Shown here: positions 37,539 through 47,633 of the stretch, one piece after another
Layout of the letters: each line of letters begins with the position of its first letter
How positions within the stretch are numbered: position 1 is the stretch's first letter
Source: Candidatus Marinacidobacterales bacterium
Lineage (GTDB): Bacteria > Acidobacteriota > Vicinamibacteria > Marinacidobacterales > DATDRI01
Length of the DNA stretch: 64,000 nt
Reading direction: 5' to 3'
NCBI GenBank assembly: GCA_965226495.1
Contig: OZ245365.1
Location: forward strand, 5,216,001 to 5,280,000
The notes under the pieces: model-generated
Told to the model about the DNA's origin: nothing
Seen by the model: only the letters and a program-made list of their open reading frames with translations
Database searches by the model: none
Program-made: the position numbers and the translations under genes

Positions 37539-38411
37539 ATGATGTGGATTAGTTTCTTGGCCCTTCTCACCACTGCTGCTCCCGTTATTACCCAAGACCC
37601 GCCTGATGATATTGACGACATCGACGCCTTCATGGAGCGTGTTCTCAAACAGCGCGAGGTGAATTGGGAGAATCTCCACAACTACTTCTGCAAGGAGCGG
37701 ACCGAGCTTTCCGTCGAGGGCTCGTTGCCCGGCGTACCTATTCAGGGATTTCGAAAGGAGTTTCTCTGGTTCGTGCGGGACGGTTACGTGGTCCGGAGCC
37801 CGCTTTCCGTGGACGGCGTCAAAGTTTCCGCCAAGGACCGCGAGCAAGCGGAGAGGAAGTGGATCGATCAAGTCAAGAAAAGAGAACGAGAGCGCGGACC
37901 GGATCGAGAAACGTTCTTCGGTCTGGAGTTCGAGCCCGGGAACTACTTCTACGCGGGGCGGCAGGAGTTCGAAGGGCATGAGGTCATCGTGGTGGAGTAC
38001 TACCCCGAATCTGGACCCTGGCAAGACGATGACGAAGATGGCGACTCGGAGGACGACGAGATCGAAGCGCAGATCAGCAAGGTTCTCCTGGTGACAATGC
38101 TGATCGACCCGAAAGAGAACCAGATCGTAAAGATGACGCTGGATAACGTCGGTTTCGATTTCTTGCCCGCTAAATGGCTCTTTCAGCTCGACACCATCGA
38201 AGTCTCGCTCACCATGCATAGGCCCATAGAAGACATTTGGCTGGCTCGCGACATCAAGGCCTACGCACGGGTCACCTTGGCCGGCGGAGATCTGGGGATT
38301 CGTTACAAGTCGACCTTCTACGATTACGTGAAAGCGGAGACACGTGCCACCGTCCGCTTCCCTCCGCGAGGTAGTACCGAGAAGGACGAAGACGAGAAGC
38401 CGCCGGAATGA
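37539..38411 (+). CDS. Secreted hypothetical protein coupled to an Omp85 gene
   Basis: Signal peptide, beta-rich; ATGA overlap with the next gene. Confidence 0.75.
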   Translation: MMWISFLALLTTAAPVITQDPPDDIDDIDAFMERVLKQREVNWENLHNYFCKERTELSVEGSLPGVPIQGFRKEFLWFVRDGYVVRSPLSVDGVKVSAKDREQAERKWIDQVKKRERERGPDRETFFGLEFEPGNYFYAGRQEFEGHEVIVVEYYPESGPWQDDDEDGDSEDDEIEAQISKVLLVTMLIDPKENQIVKMTLDNVGFDFLPAKWLFQLDTIEVSLTMHRPIEDIWLARDIKAYARVTLAGGDLGIRYKSTFYDYVKAETRATVRFPPRGSTEKDEDEKPPE

Positions 38412-39592
38412 AGCTTCTCGCTGCACTCACTCTCCTGGGTGCGCTCGTCCAGACGGACTCTCGCATCACCACGTTGCGAGTTCACGGAAACCATACTGTC
38501 CCCGACGCGGAGGTTCTCCGCATTGCGGCCGTCGCGCGAGGCGACGCCTTCGAGTTGGACACGGCGAGCGAGATCAAAGATCGCCTTCTGAAGAGCGGAA
38601 AGTTCGCCACCGCCGAGGTTCGCGTACGTTATCGGGGACTCTCCGAGTCGAGCGATGTCGCGCTAGTTCTCTTGGTCCGGGAGAAACGCTCCACCGCGAG
38701 CCGATTCATGGTGGGTCCACTCGTGGACATATCGAGCGAGTACGGGCTGACGCTGGGCGCTCGATTCGCCTTCGTGGACTTCGCAACCGAAGGTGGACAC
38801 ATCGCCTTTCCCATGAGCTGGGGAGGGAAGCGTCAGGCGGGAGTGGAGACCACCTTTCCCGTCGGCGATGGTCAACATCTACGTTTCGACCTGTCACGTT
38901 GGCGCCAGGTCAATCCGCACTTCGACATCCCCGACAACCGCCTCGAGGTGGGGGGACGGTTCGTCAAGCACGTTCGCCGCGCCACCTTCCACGTTCGCGG
39001 CCAATGGTCGGACGTCGATTTCGAGCTTCCGGATCAGCGTTTCGCGACGCTCGGGGCTAAGGCCGTCTTCGACACGCGGATCGACCCCACCATGCCAGGT
39101 GATGCGGTCTATCTAGGTCTCGATTGGCGACGCCTCTTCTTTCTCGCCGGAGTCGACCGGTCCGATGTGAACCAGTACGCACTCGATCTTCGAGGCTATA
39201 AGCGCCTCATCGGCCAATCACTCCTCGCAGGCCAGTTCTACTGGGCGATCGCCGACGGCCCCATGCCCTCCTACGAGCAGCCCTTCGTCGGCGGAGGAAA
39301 AACATTGCGCGGCTATAAGGCGGGTCGCTTCATCGGAGACAATGCCGCGTACGGTACGGTGGAGCTAAGACTACCGCTGACTTCACCCACGTCTTTCGCG
39401 CGGGTGGGCCTGCATTTTTTCTACGATACCGGCACCGCGTACGACTATGGAGTGCGCTTCGACAGCGCTCGCTTCCATCATGCGCTCGGCGTCGGGGCCT
39501 TCCTCAAGGTATTGATCGGCCTACGCATCGATATGGGTTGGGACCTCGAGGGAGGCTCGCGGTTCTCGATCGAATCGCAGATGAAGTTCTAA
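38408..39592 (+). CDS. BamA/TamA (Omp85) family protein with one POTRA domain
   Basis: RVHGNH POTRA start, GG..TLRGY motif, ELRLPL, terminal Phe. Confidence 0.85.
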   Translation: MKLLAALTLLGALVQTDSRITTLRVHGNHTVPDAEVLRIAAVARGDAFELDTASEIKDRLLKSGKFATAEVRVRYRGLSESSDVALVLLVREKRSTASRFMVGPLVDISSEYGLTLGARFAFVDFATEGGHIAFPMSWGGKRQAGVETTFPVGDGQHLRFDLSRWRQVNPHFDIPDNRLEVGGRFVKHVRRATFHVRGQWSDVDFELPDQRFATLGAKAVFDTRIDPTMPGDAVYLGLDWRRLFFLAGVDRSDVNQYALDLRGYKRLIGQSLLAGQFYWAIADGPMPSYEQPFVGGGKTLRGYKAGRFIGDNAAYGTVELRLPLTSPTSFARVGLHFFYDTGTAYDYGVRFDSARFHHALGVGAFLKVLIGLRIDMGWDLEGGSRFSIESQMKF

Positions 39593-39595
39593 CGG

Positions 39596-40099
39596 CTAGC
39601 GTTTCAAATCGGCTGGCTCGAATGTCTCGAGCTCGGTGACTCTTCTGAAGTCCGCGTCTGCGGTCGCAAGTGCATGGAGTCCCGCTAACGTTGCGGCCGC
39701 TGCGACAAGAGAGTCATTGACCAAGAGTCCATACTTCTTCCTGAAATCGTGAGAGTGGAGCAGACTCTTCACGTCTAGAGGGAGGATGGCAACACCCATT
39801 AAAGGAATCCGCTCGACCTGCTCCCGATAAGTCTCGAGGCTCATCACAAGCTCTGGTTTTGCTCGGAGCTTTCGCACGACGTTTCCAGTCGTTAGCAATC
39901 CCCGAGAGACCGCCTCGATCATCATCAGTCGGTGGGCCACCTCCGCGAGAACGACGGCGGAAGTAATACCTTTCAAATCCCCACTCTCGCAGCGTTCCAG
40001 AAATTCCCTGCAATCTGCTGACGCACCGGTGAAGTGATAGATAAAGATCGTGGAATCGATGAAGACGCGGGACCTCGGCGGGATCTGGTCAAGCGTCAT
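39596..40099 (-). CDS. PIN-domain toxin (VapC-like)
   Basis: VFIDSTIFIY, VLAEV.HR, GLLVNDSL, ATAD.DF. Confidence 0.9.
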   Translation of the reverse strand: MTLDQIPPRSRVFIDSTIFIYHFTGASADCREFLERCESGDLKGITSAVVLAEVAHRLMMIEAVSRGLLTTGNVVRKLRAKPELVMSLETYREQVERIPLMGVAILPLDVKSLLHSHDFRKKYGLLVNDSLVAAAATLAGLHALATADADFRRVTELETFEPADLKR

Positions 40100-40118
40100 C
40101 GAGTATCTTCAAGAATCA

Positions 40119-40361
40119 TTAAGTACCGAGGAGCTCGTCCTCTTCCTCCATGATCTCGCGTACGTCCGCCTCTGGCAGATACAAGGCGCCCCAACTCTCG
40201 GCGACGAATCCCGCCGTCCCCTGCCGCTCGCCCTTTTCGCCCAAGTACCGCTCCAGCGCTTCCCCGACGATGCCGCTGATTTGCTTGCCCTGACGGGCCG
40301 CCTCCAGCTTGACTCGCCGGAAGAGTCCCTCGTCGACGAGGGTGCTCACTTTTTTCCTCAC
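40119..40361 (-). CDS. RHH antitoxin
   Basis: RKKVSTLVDEGLFRRVKLEAARQGKQISGIVGEALERYL; directly upstream of the PIN gene. Confidence 0.82.
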   Translation of the reverse strand: MRKKVSTLVDEGLFRRVKLEAARQGKQISGIVGEALERYLGEKGERQGTAGFVAESWGALYLPEADVREIMEEEDELLGT

Positions 40362-40367
40362 ATCATG

Positions 40368-40396
40368 ATGGTAACCTGAAAAGAAGATGCTGTCAA
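40368..40396 (-). promoter_or_regulatory. sigma70 promoter giving a probably leaderless TA transcript
   Basis: TTGACA-17-TACCAT with the GTG start 7 nt after the -10; palindrome catcatgatg overlaps it. Confidence 0.7.
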
Positions 40397-40515
40397 GATC
40401 ACATAATATCAAGAAGTTACGAAGTAGGGATTGTGGGTCTCAAGTATTACTTGAGATCTTGTTTCACGTTGAACCCCGAGTAACACCGGGAACGTTGATG
40501 GCCCTTCGAAGGATC

Positions 40516-43233
40516 CTATATATTCAGTTCGAATTGAGGGTCATCGCCCTCGAGCGGCTCGCCTTCGCTGTCGACGTGAACGACGGGCCCGAAGTCGAGC
40601 TCGCGAATCCCTGCCTCCACTTTCGCTGCATCACCCACGACCACCAGTAGCATATGCTCTGGCCGGATGTATCTCCGTGCGGCCTCACGAATTCTATCGA
40701 TGGTGGTGTCTTCGATTCCGCTGACGTATCGGGCGAGCTCTCGGAGCGGAAGTCCATAACAGTCGAGCTCCGCGACCTCCCCGCCCACTTGACCGAGAGT
40801 CTCGAACCTCTGTGCGTCGCCTCGTACGAGGGTCGCCTTGGCATCTGACAACTCCTCATTAGTAACCGGGCGGCTCCAGGAAGCCATGTCCTCGAACTCT
40901 TTCACCATCTCCCGAAGCGCGGGCTTGGTCACTCCAGACTCCACCGCTGAGACCCCCAGGAAGACACTCTGGACGGTTCCGTAGCGAAGCACACTGAAGG
41001 CACCGTAGCTAAAACCCTTGTCCTCACGTAAGTTCGAATTGAGGCGGCTCGAAAACCCCCCGCCCAGAATTGCGTTCATAACCTCGAGCGTGTGGTAGTC
41101 GACAGTGGTCCTTTTGGGACCGGTCATGACGACTCGAAGCTCCGACTGCGCCGAGCCGGGCCGATCGATCAGGTAGACTTTCCGGTGAGGCTCCGCGACC
41201 GGCTCGAAGTGTGCCAGCTCGGGGTTCGCCGATTCTCCCCAGTCGGAGAATGCTCTTTCTGCCGCTCTTCGCGCTTCGTCTACCGAGACGTCACCCACGA
41301 TGACCAAACTCGCGTTCCTCGGACTGTAGTGGTTGCGGTAAAAAGGCAGGAGATCTTCCCGTTGGATGGACTTTACCGACGCTTCTTCTCCTCCGACCGG
41401 CCGGCCGTAAGGGTGCTTGCCGCCGAACAACATCTTGCGGGCTACGCGACCGGCGGTGGCATTCGGATTAGCTCTGTCTTGGAGGATCGAATCGAGTCTT
41501 CGCTTCCGAGCTCGCTCCAACTCATCAGCGGGGAAGCTCGGGTGTACGACGACATCGGACATGAGCTTCAAGGAAGGTGTTAGGTGTCGCCGCAACGTGT
41601 CCAACGAGACGACGCTCCACTCCCGGCTCGCCCCCGCGGAGAGATGACTTCCCATCCGTTCGAGCTCGGCCTCGATCTCGAGTGAGTTCAGAGAGCTTGT
41701 TCCTTCCTCCAGCATTTCAGCAGTGAAAAACGCGACACCGGTTTTGTCCGTCGCATCGGCGACGGCTCCCGCCTTGATGACCAGCGCCGCCGCGACCTTG
41801 GGGATTTCTCGGCGCTCGACGACGCGAAGCGTCAAGCCGTTGGCAAGTTGCACCGACGAGATCTCCGGCGGGTGAAATGTTGGGCTCGACCGCAGGACGG
41901 GCTTGGTGGATCGGTCCGGCCCCTCGGCCGTCGACTTCACCGATTCCTTCTGGACGAAGGACGTCGCCAGACGCGGCTTCAGTAGGTAGCGCTCCGCGGC
42001 GACGCGAAGATCCTCGGCGGTCAGGCTCTGATACCGCTCGTAATCCTGGCCGATGAAATCGGGCGAGCCCAGATAAGTGTTGTACATGGCAAGCCGGTCG
42101 GCCTTGCCGCCGAACCCACCGATCCGTTCGAGCGCGGACAGGAAGTCGAACTCTTGTTTGGCCTTGACCCGTTCCAACTCGCTATCGCTCGGCCCTTCGC
42201 TGGCGAACCGCGTGAGCTCCTCGTCGATCAGAGACTCCAAGGCATCTAGAGAGACTCCGGGGCGGGCGGTCGCCACGATACCCAACATGCCGGCGATCTC
42301 GAGGGAGTAGTTGAACGCGGTTACGTCGGAGGCTTTTTGTTCGTCGTACACTAAACGCTTGTAAAGCCTAGAGTTCTTGCCCTCGGACAAAATCGTGGTG
42401 ACCAGGTCGAGAGCAGCGTCTTCCTCCTCGAAGTACGAAACGGAAGGCCACGACAAGTAGAGCCTCTCCTGAGGAACCCGATCTTCGACGACCAGCCGGC
42501 GATTGGTATCCAAATGGATGACCCACCGATCCGGTCGACTCAGCAGCGGGCCGGGGGCGAGCGGACCGAAGTACGTCTCCACCAGGTCGCGAGCCTCCGG
42601 AATCTCGAAGTCTCCCGCGATCACCAGGGTGCAATTGTTCGGCGCGTAAAACGTCTGGAAGAACTCCTTCACGTCATCCACCGAGGCGCGAGAGAGATCT
42701 TCCATGCTTCCAATGATGTGCCAGGAGTATGGGTGCCCCTTGGGGAACAAATTCTCGAAGAGCGACTCCATCGCGCGACCATAAGGAACGTTGTCCATCC
42801 CTTGGCGTCGCTCGTTCTTGACGACATCGCGCTGGTTATCCAGGTTCTCTTGCGTCAGAGCGTCGAGGAGATAACCCATCCGATCCGATTCTGCCCAGAG
42901 CACCAACTCCAGCGAGCCCGAAGGGACGGTCTCGAAGTAGTTCGTGCGATCGAAGTCGGTGGTACCGTTGACTCCTCCTTGAAAGATATTTGCGCCGGCT
43001 CGCTCCATCATCGACACATATTCGCCCTTCACGTTCTTCGAGCCCTCGAACATCATGTGCTCGAAAAGGTGAGCGAACCCCGTTTTGCCCGGCTTCTCGT
43101 TCTTGGACCCGACGTGATACCAGAGGTTGACGTGTACCACCGGAAGCTTGTGATCCTGGTGGAAAATCACATCGAGTCCGTTGGGGAGGGTGAGTTTCTC
43201 GAACGAAATCTGCGGAACGGTTTCTTCTTTCAT
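40516..43233 (-). CDS. M16 family zinc protease (PqqL-like, two fused halves)
   Basis: WYHVGS..E..G.TGFAHLFEHMMF, V.NERR; second half GGGFSSRLN.NLRE.KG.SYG. Confidence 0.93.
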   Translation of the reverse strand: MKEETVPQISFEKLTLPNGLDVIFHQDHKLPVVHVNLWYHVGSKNEKPGKTGFAHLFEHMMFEGSKNVKGEYVSMMERAGANIFQGGVNGTTDFDRTNYFETVPSGSLELVLWAESDRMGYLLDALTQENLDNQRDVVKNERRQGMDNVPYGRAMESLFENLFPKGHPYSWHIIGSMEDLSRASVDDVKEFFQTFYAPNNCTLVIAGDFEIPEARDLVETYFGPLAPGPLLSRPDRWVIHLDTNRRLVVEDRVPQERLYLSWPSVSYFEEEDAALDLVTTILSEGKNSRLYKRLVYDEQKASDVTAFNYSLEIAGMLGIVATARPGVSLDALESLIDEELTRFASEGPSDSELERVKAKQEFDFLSALERIGGFGGKADRLAMYNTYLGSPDFIGQDYERYQSLTAEDLRVAAERYLLKPRLATSFVQKESVKSTAEGPDRSTKPVLRSSPTFHPPEISSVQLANGLTLRVVERREIPKVAAALVIKAGAVADATDKTGVAFFTAEMLEEGTSSLNSLEIEAELERMGSHLSAGASREWSVVSLDTLRRHLTPSLKLMSDVVVHPSFPADELERARKRRLDSILQDRANPNATAGRVARKMLFGGKHPYGRPVGGEEASVKSIQREDLLPFYRNHYSPRNASLVIVGDVSVDEARRAAERAFSDWGESANPELAHFEPVAEPHRKVYLIDRPGSAQSELRVVMTGPKRTTVDYHTLEVMNAILGGGFSSRLNSNLREDKGFSYGAFSVLRYGTVQSVFLGVSAVESGVTKPALREMVKEFEDMASWSRPVTNEELSDAKATLVRGDAQRFETLGQVGGEVAELDCYGLPLRELARYVSGIEDTTIDRIREAARRYIRPEHMLLVVVGDAAKVEAGIRELDFGPVVHVDSEGEPLEGDDPQFELNI

Positions 43234-43284
43234 CTTCCAGGTGTCTCCGGACAAAGAGTAATAAGGGGCGGCTTCAAATAGGCA

Positions 43285-44292
43285 TCAATGGACATCAATA
43301 CTCTGGGAACCGGAACCCGGTTCCAGCGGCAATCGGCCTAAACGTTGAAGTCCTTCTAACGTTTCCTCCACCGACCCCTTCCTCAAGCCGTACTTTTTCT
43401 CGAAGAAGCGAAGGTAGAAGCGGTGTTTGACCTTGCCCCAGTTGTAGAGAGCCAAGGCGCCGGCAAGTGAGCCGGTGAAGAAGACAGGGAGACAGATCCA
43501 CCAGCCGACGCCATTTCGGAGCTTCTTCCAAGTGCTCCATTTCGTATGTACTTCCTGGCGGAAGGCAAGGTCACGGAAGTACCCGCAATAGACTCCCATG
43601 GCGTCGAGCCAGATGGAAGTGAACCGACCATTCACTCCACCCACCTGTGTATCACCCTGCTTGAGGGCGCGAAGAAAATCATCCCGCGTCGAACCGGAGC
43701 AAACCGTATAGCAGCTCCCGAGTCGGGTCAAGGTATGCGCATCGCTTCCACCTACCAAAGCCTTTCCGGGTAGGCGGCTGACCACGACCGAGGTAAGCAG
43801 GTTCTGTCGGTGTCCCTGGGACCCGTTGATACCTTCGAAGAGATCGAAGGAAGCGATCATTTTGTCCATGAACCGCTCGGCATTGCGAAAACTCGGGAAG
43901 CCATGAAAGAGATGATTCAAGACGTACGGCAGCTCGCTGGCCCGCAGGTATCCGATCAGCTCGTCGAAATCGCGCTTGAGGATCTGGATCTCCTTATGCT
44001 GCTCCTCGTTCAAACCATAGACTCCGATGTGGATGGTGTTGCCAAACTCGGGAAGATGGACGGAGACTTCTTCACCGGTCACGAAGTCAGGCGCGTCGGG
44101 GTGGGCGTCGAGAAAGGCCAAGCAACCATCGAGCGAGTCGTGGTCGGTGATAGTGACCAGGTCCATGCCCCGCCCCTTGGCGGTCTGGTAGACCCGCTCG
44201 GGAGTGTTGTAGGAGTCCATAGGCTCGAAGGCCTTCATATGATTGGTTTTACCGCTGAAGTAGGTATGGCAATGAAGGTCGATTTTCAACAT
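43285..44292 (-). CDS. PHP-domain phosphoesterase with C-terminal TM
   Basis: DLHCHT, ITDHD, GEEV, NH, GGSDAH. Confidence 0.85.
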   Translation of the reverse strand: MLKIDLHCHTYFSGKTNHMKAFEPMDSYNTPERVYQTAKGRGMDLVTITDHDSLDGCLAFLDAHPDAPDFVTGEEVSVHLPEFGNTIHIGVYGLNEEQHKEIQILKRDFDELIGYLRASELPYVLNHLFHGFPSFRNAERFMDKMIASFDLFEGINGSQGHRQNLLTSVVVSRLPGKALVGGSDAHTLTRLGSCYTVCSGSTRDDFLRALKQGDTQVGGVNGRFTSIWLDAMGVYCGYFRDLAFRQEVHTKWSTWKKLRNGVGWWICLPVFFTGSLAGALALYNWGKVKHRFYLRFFEKKYGLRKGSVEETLEGLQRLGRLPLEPGSGSQSIDVH

Positions 44293-44440
44293 TTGGGCAC
44301 TCGATCGAGCAGGAGATCCTTGGACCGCCGGGGCCTCGTCGCCCCCGCCGGCACAGCGCGCTATTGCCCTGGGCCTCGGAGATCGTCATTTTAGTTAGGC
44401 TTGGGACGCCTTTTCAACCGTGGCGCTATAATGTGAAGCC

Positions 44441-45019
44441 ATGAAGGTATTGGCATTCTGGGCATTGTTAACTTTCATCCAAGCCACGAGCGCTTTTTTC
44501 ACCACGCCTCTGTCGATCGAGCGGATGGCAACGAAGCAGGCGGTGGTGGAAACGACGATGGGTAACTTCGTCATCGAGTTTCTACCAGGCGTCGCGCCCA
44601 ATCATGTCGGCTATTTCTTGAAGCTGGCCTCGGAAGAAGCCTATGACGGCACATCGTTTCATCGGGTGATCAAGTACGGCATCATTAAGGGAGGGGATCC
44701 GCTCACCAAGGATCCCGAGGCTCGGGATCGATACGGCACGGGAGGCCTGGGAGTCCTTGCGGCCGAGTTCAGCGAGGAGCAACACACGCGAGGCGCGGTC
44801 TCGGCGGTTCGGATCCCGAGCAAACCGGACAGTGCTGGCTCCCAATTTTTCATCTACGTCACCGATCAGCTCTCACTGGACGGCCAGTTTTCGGTCTTCG
44901 CCCGCGTCGTGGAAGGCATCGACGTGGTGCAGAAAATTTCTGAAGTGCCCGCGGATGAAGAAACGATGGCCACGGAGCGGGTCGAGATCGTATCAGTCAA
45001 GGTTCGCGACAAAGAGTGA
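44441..45019 (+). CDS. Cyclophilin-type peptidylprolyl isomerase
   Basis: APNHV..F, YDGTSFHRVI, GGDP, SAGSQFFI, LDGQFSVF. Confidence 0.88.
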   Translation: MKVLAFWALLTFIQATSAFFTTPLSIERMATKQAVVETTMGNFVIEFLPGVAPNHVGYFLKLASEEAYDGTSFHRVIKYGIIKGGDPLTKDPEARDRYGTGGLGVLAAEFSEEQHTRGAVSAVRIPSKPDSAGSQFFIYVTDQLSLDGQFSVFARVVEGIDVVQKISEVPADEETMATERVEIVSVKVRDKE

Positions 45020-45035
45020 TGGGAGTGATGGGGCC

Positions 45036-46024
45036 ATGGCGGATTTAGATGTCGTCATCGTAGGAGGCGGGCCGGCGGGGCTATCCGCTTCGATCGAGTG
45101 TAAGGAGCGCAACCTTTCGCACGTGGTCATCGAGAAAGGCTCCATCGTCGAGTCCCTTAGACGCTTTCCCATGAACATGATCTACTTCACCACCCCGGAT
45201 CTGCTCGAGATCGGAGGTCTGCCGTTGGTGACTTCTCGAGAGAAACCAACCCGGCTCGAAGCGCTCAAGTATTACCGGAGGGCGGCGCAGCGTTACGACT
45301 TGCCATTGAAGCTCTATGAGCGGGTTGAGGAGGTCGGCCGGGAGAATGGGCACTTTCATGTGCGCACGATGCCGCGCGTGGGCGAGGCTCGCAGCTATTC
45401 CGCCCGCAGGGTCATCGTTGCTACCGGGTACTACGACAATCCGAATTTTTTGGGCATCCCGGGAGAGAACTTACCGAAAGTCTCACACTATTATCAGGAA
45501 GCGCACCCCTACTACCAAATGGAAGTTGCGGTCATCGGCGGAGCGAATTCGGCGCGGAGACCGCGCTCGATCTCTACCGCTCGGGCGCCAAAGTGACTCT
45601 CATCCATCGAGACAAGGATCTCTCGACCCACATCAAGTATTGGGTACGCCCCGACATCGGAAACCGCATCAAGCGTGGGGAGATCCCGGCGTTGTTCGAA
45701 ACGGAAGTGGAAGAAATCCTACCAGACAAACTCCGTTTGAAAGGGAAGGACGGTCGGCGCTCGGAGATCCCCAACGACTTCGTGGTGGCCCTCATTGGGT
45801 ATCATCCGGATTATCCGTTTCTCGAGTCGATGGGTATCGAGATCGAATCGGAGACGGGAAAACCAGTGCACGACCCGGACACATTCGAGACCAATGTGCC
45901 CGGTCTCTATGTCGCGGGAGGGATGGTCTCGGGACGCCAGACCAACAAGATCTTCATCGAGAATGGCCGCTTTCATGGCGGCAAAATCGTTGCCCATCTG
46001 GCCCTTGGTCCATCAAGTCTCTAA
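45036..46024 (+). CDS. ypdA: YpdA-family putative bacillithiol disulfide reductase (FAD/NADPH oxidoreductase); frameshift near 45555
   Basis: GGGPAG, FTTPDLLEIG, KPTR.EAL.YYR, ATGYYD, HYY.EAHPY, GGANSA|AETALDLYR, KYWV.PDI.NRI, IFIENGRFHG. Confidence 0.85.
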
Positions 46025-46036
46025 GGAGGCTTACGC

Positions 46037-46435
46037 GTGCTAGGAAGTCATGGTCCACGTCGGATCCGCATCAGCTCGGGCAAGCTGAGTTTCTCCGCTA
46101 CCTTGATGGACAATCGAGCCGCCCGCGCGTTCTGGAAGCAGCTACCGGTCGAAGCCAAGGCGAGCACCTGGGGCCACGAGATCTATTTCCCGGTACCCAT
46201 CGAGCTCGCATCCACCGAAGACGACAAGGATGTCGTCGCCATGGGTGACATTGCCTACTGGCCTCCGGGGAGCGCCGTCTGCATTTTCTTCGGCCGGACC
46301 CCCGCTAGTCGCGGGGAAGAGATTCGAGCCGCGAGCCCGGTAACGCTTTTCGGCAAAGTCGAGGGCGATCCCACGCTTTTCAATACGGTGGAGGCTGGAC
46401 AGCTCGTGCGGGTCGAGCAGGACACGTCGACATGA
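46037..46435 (+). CDS. Cyclophilin-like fold protein (DUF369/TM1367-like)
   Basis: LP......WG.EIYF, GDIAYWPPG.A.CIFFG.TP, ASPV; SD AAGGAGG. Confidence 0.85.
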   Translation: MLGSHGPRRIRISSGKLSFSATLMDNRAARAFWKQLPVEAKASTWGHEIYFPVPIELASTEDDKDVVAMGDIAYWPPGSAVCIFFGRTPASRGEEIRAASPVTLFGKVEGDPTLFNTVEAGQLVRVEQDTST

Positions 46436-47079
46436 TCCCCGCGAACATCTCTGAGTCACTCATCAAGCTGGGGCAAGGATTCTACTCCCGCGGATGGGCG
46501 CTCGGGACGAGCGGGAACTTGAGTGCGGTCGTCGATCGCAATCCTCTCCGGCTCGCTCTCACCGTGAGCGGTGTGGATAAAGGGACGCTGACTCCCGACC
46601 AACTCATCATCATCGACGAACACCAGAACGTGATCCATGGAACCGGCCGTCCTTCTGCCGAAGCGCGGCTTCACCTTACCGTCGCCGGGCTCAAGGGCGC
46701 GGGCGCGGTCTTGCACACCCATTCGGTCTGGAGCAACATCCTGTCGGAGATGAACGGCAACCACAGTGGGCTCACCATCGAGGGCTACGAAATGCTCAAG
46801 GGCTTGGAAGGCATCGAGTCCCACGACCACCGCGAGTGGTTGCCTATCCTCGAAAACTCACAGGACTATGAAGCCCTCGCCCGCAACGTGGCAAGAGTAT
46901 TGACCGACCATCCCGACTCCCACGGGTTCTTGCTGCGGCGTCATGGGCTCTACACGTGGGGGCGAGATGTAGCGGAGGCCAAACGCCACGTGGAGATCCT
47001 CGAGTTCCTAATGGAAGTGATGGGCCGCATGGCGTGCGCGCCGGAAAGAAGAAGGGGTAAAGAGAATGGCCACAGTTAG
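46432..47079 (+). CDS. mtnB: Methylthioribulose-1-phosphate dehydratase
   Basis: [41 protein letters not shown]. Confidence 0.95.
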   Translation: MIPANISESLIKLGQGFYSRGWALGTSGNLSAVVDRNPLRLALTVSGVDKGTLTPDQLIIIDEHQNVIHGTGRPSAEARLHLTVAGLKGAGAVLHTHSVWSNILSEMNGNHSGLTIEGYEMLKGLEGIESHDHREWLPILENSQDYEALARNVARVLTDHPDSHGFLLRRHGLYTWGRDVAEAKRHVEILEFLMEVMGRMACAPERRRGKENGHS

Positions 47080-47626
47080 AATCCCCGACGATAACAAGAC
47101 GTTGGTAGACCCCGAAGAGATCAGGAACTGCCTCGCACCAATCGGCATCAGCTACGAACGCTGGAAACCGAACCACCCCATGGCGGATGGCGCCCCGGCG
47201 GAGGAAATTTTGGACGCCTACAAAGAAGAGCTCGAAAGGCTCAAGCGTGAGGGTGGCTACGTGACTGCAGACGTCATCGATGTCGACTCGGAGACCCCTG
47301 GACTCGACGAGATGCTCGCCCAGTTCAACCGCGAACACTGGCACGACGAAGATGAAGTACGCTTCGTCATTCAGGGCCGCGGTCTTTTTCACATCCGACC
47401 CAAGGGCGGAAAGGTGACCGCTATCGAGGTGGAGGCCGGGGACCTCCTCCGCGTACCCCGTGGCACGTGGCACTGGTTCGATCTGTGTGAGGATCGAACG
47501 ATCCGTTGCATCCGATTGTTTCAGGATCCCTCTGGCTGGACCCCGAGCTACACCGAAAGCGGAGTCGATAAGCATTTCGAGCCCGTCTGTCTGGGACCGT
47601 CCTTCAAACCCGTCAACTCCCCATAG
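47066..47626 (+). CDS. mtnD: Acireductone dioxygenase
   Basis: [13 protein letters not shown]...G.GLF...GDL..VP.GT.HWF...IRLF. Confidence 0.95.
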   Translation: MATVRIPDDNKTLVDPEEIRNCLAPIGISYERWKPNHPMADGAPAEEILDAYKEELERLKREGGYVTADVIDVDSETPGLDEMLAQFNREHWHDEDEVRFVIQGRGLFHIRPKGGKVTAIEVEAGDLLRVPRGTWHWFDLCEDRTIRCIRLFQDPSGWTPSYTESGVDKHFEPVCLGPSFKPVNSP

Positions 47627-47633
47627 AACCACA

